Shown here: positions 9,282-16,984 of the stretch, one piece after another
Position numbering within the stretch: position 1 is the first letter of the stretch
Layout of the letters: each line of letters opens with the position of its first letter
NCBI GenBank assembly: GCA_017609465.1
Contig: JAFCDX010000004.1
Span: forward strand, 1,822 to 65,821
Direction: 5' to 3'
Length of the DNA stretch: 64,000 nucleotides
From: Candidatus Woesearchaeota archaeon
Lineage (GTDB): Archaea > Nanobdellota > Nanobdellia > SCGC-AAA011-G17 > JAFCDX01
Position numbers and translations under genes: made by a program
The notes under the pieces: generated by a model
The model's database searches: none
What the model was told of the DNA's origin: nothing
The model's input: only the letters and a program-made list of their open reading frames with translations

Positions 9282-10456
9282 TTTCCAACTCTCAATAATG
9301 TGATTCTTCCCTCATGATAAGTTCCTGTTCCAGAGCCATCTAAATCTTTTAATCTTAAAGTAACATTGCTTCCTTTATCTAAATTTATATAAGATGGTAT
9401 TGAGTGCATATTAACTACATTTTGAGAAGTTCCTCTGGTCCATGTTTGAGTTCCTTGCTGTTCTATACCATCAATGAATATTGCCCCAACATAATCGTGA
9501 TTTTGAGTTCCAATTCCAGACATAGTATAAGTAACCATATATTCTCCAGAGCCATCTCCTATTAGTTGCAGGGAAGTATTTGAATGAAAATCAAATCCAT
9601 GAAGTTGAGTTCCATTTGATGAATTTGAAAAGGTCATTGTTTGATAAGATTCGTTAATAGGAATAGTAAGTCCAGTACTAAAATTATAATACCAAACAGA
9701 GCCATAAAAATCATTACCTGTTATATTTCCTGTTACATTTAAATTTTGGTCTATATGAATAGATTTACTGAAACTAAACCAATCTATTAATTCTTCAATA
9801 ACTCCACCTAATAAAAAAGTTATTTTTTGTGCTAATGATAAATTACCACCAAAGTTACCATAAGAACTTACATTCAAACTTGAAATATTTAAATGATTTG
9901 TAATATTAACTTGCCTTGATTCTTGTTGTTTAACATAAGATTCATTATAACTTCCATCACTCATATTATAAGCATAATTTGTTAAATTTATCCCCCCAGA
10001 ATATGTTGTTTTTCCATAAACATTATCAGAGGTTAAATTCTTTAAAGTTATATTAGATGTTGTTGTCTCATCTATATCTTTCCTGATTAAATTAAAAAGT
10101 GTTAATTCCCTTCTACTATCCCCATTAACATCTGTTTGGGTTTCATTATCTATATCTATTTGTAGATAATAATCATTGGATGTATCTGAACAAGATGAAC
10201 TAACCTTATATTGTGTTGTTTTCCATTGTCCCCATGTCCCTGTTTTTAAATCTGTGGTATTACTATAACATATATTTCCACCAACTTCTGAATCATAAAC
10301 AGTAAAATTAAAGTTATATGTTCCAGTATTAAAAGAACTTCCAGTATAATATTGTCCCTGCCATACTTGTACATCACTCATAGCTAAAATTGGGAGAGGG
10401 CAAACGAGTACAATAATTGCTATTAATACTAAAAATATATAACCTCTTTTTTCCAT
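9278..10456 (-). CDS. secreted protein, extremely rich in N-glycosylation sequons
   Basis: N-terminal hydrophobic signal. About 20 N-x-S/T sequons counted by eye in 392 aa. 4-nt overlap with the downstream gene. Confidence 0.7.
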   Translation of the reverse strand: MEKRGYIFLVLIAIIVLVCPLPILAMSDVQVWQGQYYTGSSFNTGTYNFNFTVYDSEVGGNICYSNTTDLKTGTWGQWKTTQYKVSSSCSDTSNDYYLQIDIDNETQTDVNGDSRRELTLFNLIRKDIDETTTSNITLKNLTSDNVYGKTTYSGGINLTNYAYNMSDGSYNESYVKQQESRQVNITNHLNISSLNVSSYGNFGGNLSLAQKITFLLGGVIEELIDWFSFSKSIHIDQNLNVTGNITGNDFYGSVWYYNFSTGLTIPINESYQTMTFSNSSNGTQLHGFDFHSNTSLQLIGDGSGEYMVTYTMSGIGTQNHDYVGAIFIDGIEQQGTQTWTRGTSQNVVNMHSIPSYINLDKGSNVTLRLKDLDGSGTGTYHEGRITLLRVGN

Positions 10457-10529
10457 AATGCTAGAAAAATTTACATTTATAAAAAGTTTTTCATTATCAT
10501 CTAAAATGGAAATTTTAATTAAATTCAGC

Positions 10530-10760
10530 CATTTATTTTTTCCTAACTTCTGGTAAGGCTTTTTCAGCAGGAGTCTTTCCTAAGGCTCGGTGTTAACAAT
10601 GCATATTTTATTTTTTATCTTTAATCTTTCCTTTCAAGAATATAATTCCAAGAACAAGCATCTTCATCTTCGTAAGAAAACCATAGGTAAATGAAGTATA
10701 AAAATCAATTACTCTTAATGCATTCAATTTAAGTCCTGAAAGCATATTATATAACATCTT
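10530..10760 (-). pseudogene. possible transposase (DDE/rve-type) C-terminal remnant
   Basis: The minus strand reads ...LKGKIKDKK* NMHC* HRALGKTPAEKALPEVRKK*. 'H-x-ALGxKTPAE' is the usual C-terminal signature of integrase-core transposases. The frame is broken by stops and there is no start. Confidence 0.3.
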
Positions 10761-10852
10761 TTTTAATATTTAAGCTTTTTTAGAGCCTTTTGAAGAAAGT
10801 TTTAAGGTGGATTGACCGCAACTTTTATTAATTTTTATTTAATAAAAATAAT

Positions 10853-11293
10853 ATGGAAGTTAAAAGCACATCATTCAAAAACAATGGTAACATTCCTTCT
10901 AAATACACATGCGATGGGGATAATGTAAATCCTCCTTTGATTATTGAAGACATACCTGAAAATACAAAATCAATAGCAATAATCATGGATGATCCTGATG
11001 CCCCTTCGGAGACATTTACGCACTGGATAATATGGAATATAAAACCAGAAGGCGATAAATTAACAATAGAAGAAAATTCAAAACCAGGTGTTGAAGGTAT
11101 TAATGATTTTAACAAAACAGGATATGGTGGTCCTTGCCCTCCAAGCGGAATACATAGGTATTTCTTTAGGATATATGCATTAAACAGTGAATTAAATCTT
11201 GAAGAAAACTCTGGAAGAGTTGAACTGGAAAATCAGATAAAAAAACACAGAATTGAAGAATCTGTTCTTATGGGAACTTATAAAAGAGTTTGA
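10853..11293 (+). CDS. YbhB/YbcL-family PEBP (Raf kinase inhibitor-like) protein
   Basis: 'IIMDDPDAPSETFTHW' and 'GYGGPCPPSGIHRYFFRIYAL' are hallmark PEBP motifs. Confidence 0.9.
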   Translation: MEVKSTSFKNNGNIPSKYTCDGDNVNPPLIIEDIPENTKSIAIIMDDPDAPSETFTHWIIWNIKPEGDKLTIEENSKPGVEGINDFNKTGYGGPCPPSGIHRYFFRIYALNSELNLEENSGRVELENQIKKHRIEESVLMGTYKRV

Positions 11294-11316
11294 TTTTCTT
11301 AAAAAATTTAAAATGC

Positions 11317-11330
11317 AAAGATTTATAAAG
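11317..11330 (+). promoter_or_regulatory. BRE/TATA promoter element (aaagatttataaag)
   Basis: Exact 14-mer also present at 40019-40032 and 55930-55943. Here it lies 113 nt before the helicase ATG, implying a long leader. Confidence 0.4.
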
Positions 11331-11442
11331 AGTTAATTCAGGACAATATCATAATAGTATTGATGGGAGAAAGCACTTGCTCATAAATTGATCATTTCGC
11401 TTTTTCTATGTAAGTGCTAGAAATTAAGGAGAGTAATAAAAA

Positions 11443-12639
11443 ATGAATGTATTTAGAGATTTTGGTCTTAATGACCAGATATTAACAGAAATAGAAAAAC
11501 AGGGGATTACAAACCCTACAAAGATTCAAGATGAATCAATACCCTACATAATTAAAGGTCAGGATGTAATAGGAGAATCATCAACAGGTTCTGGAAAGAC
11601 TCTTGCTTTTGGATGCGGTATAATGGAAAAAGTGCATCCCGGAAAAGGATTGCAGGCTTTAGTATTAACGCCTACAAGAGAGCTTGCAGAACAAGTAAGA
11701 AAATCCTTATATAACTTATCAAGCCAGAACTTAAACGTAGTTTCTGTTTATGGAGGGGTTTCAATAGAAAACCAGGTAAGAGATTTGTATAATGCAGATG
11801 TTACTGTTGCAACACCAGGAAGATTATTGGATCATCTGCAAAGAAGGACGATAGATATATCAAAGATAAAAATACTTGTTCTTGATGAAGCAGACAGAAT
11901 GCTTGATATGGGTTTCATAGACGATGTAGAAAAAATAATAAGAAAATGCCCAAAAGAAAGGCAGACTTTGTTCTTTTCTGCAACAATATTGCCAAGCATA
12001 AAAAAGCTTGCATACAAGTATATGAAAGACCCTAAAAGAATATCAGTTAACAAATATGTTGACCCTAGCAAGCTAAAACAGTTGTATTTTGACATACCAA
12101 AGAACATAAAATTGTCTTTGCTTGTTCATCTTTTACAAAACGAGAAATCAAATCTTGTAATGGTTTTCTGCAACACCAGAAGAACAACTGATTTTGTTGT
12201 AAAGAACCTTAAGGCAAATAGTATAGATGCAATTGCCATACACGGAGGTTTATCCCAAAACAAGAGAACAAAGACTCTTAATTTATTTAATAAGGGAAAA
12301 TTGAGTGTGTTGGTATGCACAGATGTTGCTGCAAGAGGACTTCACATTGACAATGTATCTCATATTTACAATTATGAGATTCCGAGTGATCCTACTGATT
12401 ATATACACAGGATAGGAAGAACTGCAAGAGCAGGAGAAGAAGGAGAAGTCATAAATCTTTTATGTGAAATAGATTATGACAATTTTTCAAAAGTCCTGAG
12501 AGATAACAGAGATTTCAAAATAGAGAAGAAGGAAGTTCCAAGAATAAGAAGGATATCTGCCATAAAAGAGAACAATTTCAGGAAACCAAACAGGAATTTC
12601 AGGAGATTTCCAAGGAGAAAGAGCAATAGAAGATATTAG
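11443..12639 (+). CDS. DEAD-box ATP-dependent RNA helicase
   Basis: 'SSTGSGKT', 'PTRELA', 'DEAD', 'SAT', 'HRIGRTARAG'. Basic C-terminal tail. SD-like aaggagag at 11426-11433. Confidence 0.95.
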   Translation: MNVFRDFGLNDQILTEIEKQGITNPTKIQDESIPYIIKGQDVIGESSTGSGKTLAFGCGIMEKVHPGKGLQALVLTPTRELAEQVRKSLYNLSSQNLNVVSVYGGVSIENQVRDLYNADVTVATPGRLLDHLQRRTIDISKIKILVLDEADRMLDMGFIDDVEKIIRKCPKERQTLFFSATILPSIKKLAYKYMKDPKRISVNKYVDPSKLKQLYFDIPKNIKLSLLVHLLQNEKSNLVMVFCNTRRTTDFVVKNLKANSIDAIAIHGGLSQNKRTKTLNLFNKGKLSVLVCTDVAARGLHIDNVSHIYNYEIPSDPTDYIHRIGRTARAGEEGEVINLLCEIDYDNFSKVLRDNRDFKIEKKEVPRIRRISAIKENNFRKPNRNFRRFPRRKSNRRY

Positions 12640-12691
12640 TAAGATTTAAAAGGTCTTGTTAATGTATAAAATTGTTTAGGAGGGACAAATA

Positions 12692-12901
12692 ATGAAAGGT
12701 AATGTAAAGTTTTTCAATAGAACCAAAGGTTTTGGATTTATTGCCGGAGAAGACGGAAAAGAGTACTTTGTACATCAATCTGGATTAGAAGAAGGAGTAA
12801 ATCTTAATGAAAATGATGCTGTTACATTTGATGTTGAAGAAGGCGATAGAGGCCCTAAAGCAGTAAATGTTAAAAAAGCTGAAGAATCATCTGAAGAATA
12901 A
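12692..12901 (+). CDS. csp: cold-shock domain protein (CspA family)
   Basis: 'KGNVKFFNRTKGFGFI' (RNP1) and 'EYFVHQS' (RNP2). 69 aa. SD aggaggg sits 7 nt upstream. Confidence 0.95.
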   Translation: MKGNVKFFNRTKGFGFIAGEDGKEYFVHQSGLEEGVNLNENDAVTFDVEEGDRGPKAVNVKKAEESSEE

Positions 12902-12933
12902 ATTTGTTTCTATATATGATTTAGAATTTAATA

Positions 12934-12955
12934 TTTTTTCTTGTTTTTTTATTTT
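12934..12955 (+). terminator. oligo-T tract, candidate archaeal terminator after csp
   Basis: tttttt (12934-12939) and ttttttt (12944-12950) about 35 nt after the csp stop. Confidence 0.35.
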
Positions 12956-12993
12956 GTTAGATAGTTTTATGTTAAATCATTAAAGAATATGAA

Positions 12994-13098
12994 TGCTCCC
13001 GCCGGGATTTGAACCCGGGTCCTCGGCGCGAAAGGCCGAAATGCAAAGCCTTAGTATAGTAAGCCTAAACTAATTTGGCCGGACTACACCACAGGAGC
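12994..13098 (-). tRNA. tRNA-Glu(UUC) with a ~30-nt non-canonical intron in the D-arm region
   Basis: Reverse complement: GCTCCTG-TG-GTGTAGTCCGGCCAA-[intron ~13045-13074]-GCAT-T-TCGGC-CTTTCGC-GCCGA-GGAC-CCGGG-TTCAAAT-CCCGG-CGGGAGC-A. Anticodon TTC at 13030-13032. The anticodon stem-loop is uninterrupted. No encoded CCA. Confidence 0.85.
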
Positions 13099-13126
13099 AT
13101 TAAGAATTTCAAGAATTATATGCTTT

Positions 13127-13654
13127 TTAAAGTTTTTCTTTTAAATTCATCAAAGAATTCTTGGCTTCCAAAGGAGTCATCCCTAAAATCTTTAATAAAG
13201 ATATTAAATCATTTGCCTGTCTCATTTCATATTTATCCTTAGCAAATGTAAAAAATACCATCTTTACTTTGTATTTTCTGCACAATCTTATGTTCTGCAT
13301 TATTCTTCCAATTATATCTGGATTATTTATCCTGTCAAGAGTAAAGCCAACAAGAATATTATTTTTATTTGCTAACTTGCAAAGAACCTGATTCAAACCA
13401 GAAATTCTTTGTTTTATAGAATCTTTTCCTTCAGACTCTGGATTAATCAAAACATCAACCTTTTTTGACTCCAATGCCTTTCTATTCAGTTCTTCAGAGC
13501 CACCCTCAACAATAACAAGTCCTTTTTTCTTTTGTATCTCTTTTACTGATTTGCAAATATCTTTCTCATTTAAGAAATAAATGTCAGAGAAATTAAGTTT
13601 TTTCCCAAATTCTATAATGTCTTTGTTTTCCTTCATCAACACAATATCTATCAT
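13127..13654 (-). CDS. RNase P protein component 3 (Rpp30-like), short form
   Basis: 'VDVLINPE', 'LCKLANKNNILVGFTL', 'CRKYKVKMVFFTFAKDKYEMRQANDLISLLKILGM' follow the Rpp30 pattern as I remember it. Shorter (175 aa) than typical. Confidence 0.6.
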   Translation of the reverse strand: MIDIVLMKENKDIIEFGKKLNFSDIYFLNEKDICKSVKEIQKKKGLVIVEGGSEELNRKALESKKVDVLINPESEGKDSIKQRISGLNQVLCKLANKNNILVGFTLDRINNPDIIGRIMQNIRLCRKYKVKMVFFTFAKDKYEMRQANDLISLLKILGMTPLEAKNSLMNLKEKL

Positions 13655-13691
13655 AGAAATAAATATGTTTTTTAGTATATAAATTTTTCAA

Positions 13692-14507
13692 TTACAATTC
13701 ATTAAGAAAATCATAAAGCTTTTCCATATATTCATCATGATATTGCAAATTTCCTTTTTTAGAACTTTCAAGAGTGTATTTTATAAGAGAATCTGCCTTT
13801 TCTCTTTCTTTTTTGTTTAAATTAAGAATATCCCCTGTTATCTCTAATTCCCTTTCAAAACTTAATATCATTTCCAAAGGGATATAAATATCTCCTATAC
13901 TGTTTTTATAATCTGCAATCAAAGGGAAATATTCATATCTGTAATCTTCTGATACTTTTCCATTTTTGACAACTTTGTATTTCAGATAAGAGTCAATTTT
14001 TATTCTTTCATCTTCAATATCATATCCTCTTGCTTCAATATAAAGTTCTCCACTAACTATGTTTCTTTCTATAAAGAATAATTTTCCAATATAATCACAA
14101 AAAGCATTAGCTGATTTTTTATCATTATCACCAACATCTTCATAATTTTTATTTTCAAGCAAGAAAAAGCTGTTAAATATTAATTTTACAAATTCTTCTT
14201 TTTCATAATCCGAATAATTTTCTGGATATTTTAATAAATTTTCAGTTTTGTCTAATCTTTTATCAATTTTCTCCATCAATTCATTTCCATATTCTTTTTC
14301 AAGCATTACTTCTTCAACAACATTATCTAAATTTAATGATTTTTCATATTCTAGTTCGTTTTCAAATACAGTTACAGTGTTTTTTTTAATAACTTCTTCA
14401 TAAGATATTTTTTCTCTTGGTATTTCTATTTTATTCTCATCAGAGGAATTACAACCCATAGCTCCTGCAGCTAATGCACCTGCCAATATCAAACTTAACT
14501 TTTTCAT
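13692..14507 (-). CDS. putative lipoprotein, unknown function (surface operon gene 5)
   Basis: Signal plus lipobox-like 'LAAGAMGCNSS'. 4-nt overlap with the upstream gene. Confidence 0.6.
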   Translation of the reverse strand: MKKLSLILAGALAAGAMGCNSSDENKIEIPREKISYEEVIKKNTVTVFENELEYEKSLNLDNVVEEVMLEKEYGNELMEKIDKRLDKTENLLKYPENYSDYEKEEFVKLIFNSFFLLENKNYEDVGDNDKKSANAFCDYIGKLFFIERNIVSGELYIEARGYDIEDERIKIDSYLKYKVVKNGKVSEDYRYEYFPLIADYKNSIGDIYIPLEMILSFERELEITGDILNLNKKEREKADSLIKYTLESSKKGNLQYHDEYMEKLYDFLNEL

Positions 14508-16057
14508 CTTAAATAATTCTCCACTTCTTCTAATTTTTTATTTAATTCATTTATATTATCTGTCTTAAAATTTATGTCTTCATTACAATCAACTCTAAGT
14601 ATAAAATTAAAGGGTTTTTCTCCTAATTCAGGATATTTATTAATGCAGATCTTTCCCATAGACAATATTGTGCTTATGATTTCTTCTGAATCTTTTACAG
14701 ACTTGCTGCATCTGGACATGTCAAAACCTGCTCTTTTAAGGGCTTTGTCTTCAAATGCATAACATCTCCCGCCTCTAGATGTAGGAACAGCCCAGAACAA
14801 ATCTTTATCCATCAATTTTGTAATATATTTCACTTCTGGACAAAATCTTATGTCTGTATTTCTGTTGCTTCTTTTTACATCAAGGGTTAATTCAGAACAT
14901 TTTTTATCACTTTTTTTGTTTCTTTTATTATCCAAAGTTATTGCGCTTCTTGTTTTTTTACTCTTATTTTTTATCTCTTCTACTTTTTTATTAATCGCCT
15001 TCAATTCCTCAACAAATCTATAACCCATTGAATCTTCATCATCAACATCCCATTTTCTTTCAATTGTATTAAAAACAGTTTCCCATTTAACCATTTCTTT
15101 TTCATAAGCATCAAATGCTTCTTCCATGTTTTTATTGGAAAAAATATACTTTCTCATATTTTCATCTTTAATCATCTCATCAATATTTAATCCTGTAAAA
15201 CCTTCTGCAAAATTGCTTCCTATATCCTTTGCAATATTTGAAAATGTATTTTGTTCTGATAATTTTGACCATAATGCAGCGCATGCAAATCCTTCTTTCA
15301 TGCCTTCTGTGTAATTTTCCCAGTATTTTTCTCTTAACAATGATTCTTCAGAATCTCCTACTTCTTTCATGTTATCTGAAATTCTTTCTGCAGTTTCAAG
15401 CTTTCCAATTGCCCTTATCATCTTGTAATGAACAGTATCTTTGAATCTGCTTTCAAGAGAACTTGCAAGACTTAATACATCATCTATGTTTTGTAATTCT
15501 TCATCAGAACCATTAAAAACAAAATCGTATATTATGTCTTTTGCATATCCAATTACAGTCTCTTTTACCAATTCTTTTTGAATATTTACAGGAAGACTTG
15601 CATTTCCCATTGATATCATTGAAGATAATTTCCCTTCCAAATTAGAGCCTTTTTCAATAACAGACTGCATTAAATCTTGTGTTAAAACCTGTGCATACAA
15701 AACTTCTCTAAAACCACTATTTGCCTCTTCTATGTTTTCATAATTATCCTTCATGAATTTGTTCATTTCAAACTGGAAAGCCAATTCCTCATACAATTTT
15801 ATTTCATCTTCTTCATCACCAATTAATTCCCCGTCTTTATCAACAATCTGCCAGTTAGCAACTTTGTTTTCATAATCAACAGAAAATCTTGCTCTATAAT
15901 CTTTATTATAATGATGAATAGAATAAATTTGGCCTATTTTTTTCAAGTTATAATCTCTTACATTATCTGCGCTTATTGAAGCATAAGAAAAAGTTGTTAA
16001 TAATAATGGCAATGCAAATTTTTTAACTTTCTTTAACATTTTTAATGTGTTCCACAT
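14504..16057 (-). CDS. secreted protein, unknown function (surface operon gene 4)
   Basis: Signal peptide 'FALPLLLTTFSYASISA'. Cys-containing C-terminal domain. 16-nt overlap with the upstream gene. Confidence 0.6.
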   Translation of the reverse strand: MWNTLKMLKKVKKFALPLLLTTFSYASISADNVRDYNLKKIGQIYSIHHYNKDYRARFSVDYENKVANWQIVDKDGELIGDEEDEIKLYEELAFQFEMNKFMKDNYENIEEANSGFREVLYAQVLTQDLMQSVIEKGSNLEGKLSSMISMGNASLPVNIQKELVKETVIGYAKDIIYDFVFNGSDEELQNIDDVLSLASSLESRFKDTVHYKMIRAIGKLETAERISDNMKEVGDSEESLLREKYWENYTEGMKEGFACAALWSKLSEQNTFSNIAKDIGSNFAEGFTGLNIDEMIKDENMRKYIFSNKNMEEAFDAYEKEMVKWETVFNTIERKWDVDDEDSMGYRFVEELKAINKKVEEIKNKSKKTRSAITLDNKRNKKSDKKCSELTLDVKRSNRNTDIRFCPEVKYITKLMDKDLFWAVPTSRGGRCYAFEDKALKRAGFDMSRCSKSVKDSEEIISTILSMGKICINKYPELGEKPFNFILRVDCNEDINFKTDNINELNKKLEEVENYLR

Positions 16058-16950
16058 GCTATATTTTCTAATTCAATATGGTTACAATTAATAACTTTCC
16101 CCTCTACATTAAATACTGTTTTTTTATCATCGACTTCCAGAACAATGTTCCTTGATATATCCTCATTATTTTTTATTATATCTTCTAAAACAAAATCTGG
16201 CTTTTTTCCTTTTAATTCTCTTATTAATTCTGCTTCATAAGGGCTTTCCAAATAGAAATTATTTGGGAAGCTTACATCTGCTGTTGCTATTCCATCTGAA
16301 TTTGAATGTACTATTGCTGAAGTTTTTCCATTAATCAAGAAATAATTGCTTGAAACATTTACATCAGCTTCTACAGGCTTGTTTTTGTAAATTAAGTTTG
16401 TTTTATTATTACCATATTCTACTCTTTCATCAATAACTTCTGTTTTTGTTTCTCCTGTAGGTTCTTTTTCAAGAGTTTCTTTTTTTTCTGTAGCTACCAA
16501 TAAACCAAATGCTGTACATACAATTGCTCCTGCCCATGTAGCAGTATTATCTCCCTGTGTTAAATAGGATGTTAAAAGAATTCCACCCCAAAAACCAATA
16601 TTTCCCAAAGTTATAGCATCATCACTATCCATTTCATATTCAACGGTTTTAGTTACATTAACTTCTTCATAATCCTGTTTTGTTTTTACCATATATTTTC
16701 CAGAAATGTTTGAGTATTTATCCTCAAGAACCTTGAATTCCAAATCTGAACTTAATTTTATATCTTCAATGTGTTTATTTGTTTGATAATTCTTGTCTGA
16801 TTTTAATGGAACAGTTTCCTCATAAGTTTTTGTTGCTTCCCATTCTGTGCCCATATCATATGTTTTTGGAGCGCATGCAAAACTTGATAATCCCAAGGAT
16901 AAACTTAAAATTCCTGCTTCCATTGCCTTCTTTAATGATTTATATTTCAT
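16042..16950 (-). CDS. putative lipoprotein with internal TM hairpin (surface operon gene 3)
   Basis: 'LSLGLSSFACAPK' lipobox-like signal. Central hydrophobic pair 'IGFWGGILLTSYL' / 'WAGAIVCTAFGLLVA'. Confidence 0.6.
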   Translation of the reverse strand: MKYKSLKKAMEAGILSLSLGLSSFACAPKTYDMGTEWEATKTYEETVPLKSDKNYQTNKHIEDIKLSSDLEFKVLEDKYSNISGKYMVKTKQDYEEVNVTKTVEYEMDSDDAITLGNIGFWGGILLTSYLTQGDNTATWAGAIVCTAFGLLVATEKKETLEKEPTGETKTEVIDERVEYGNNKTNLIYKNKPVEADVNVSSNYFLINGKTSAIVHSNSDGIATADVSFPNNFYLESPYEAELIRELKGKKPDFVLEDIIKNNEDISRNIVLEVDDKKTVFNVEGKVINCNHIELENIACGTH

Positions 16951-16984
16951 TTTAATATTTTATAACATTATTTATTTATAAATA

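Noticed and set aside
12902-13126. An integrated element at the tRNA-Glu gene
   Set aside because: There is no integrase and no duplicated tRNA 3' end nearby. The flanking genes (csp and the Rpp30-like gene) are housekeeping.
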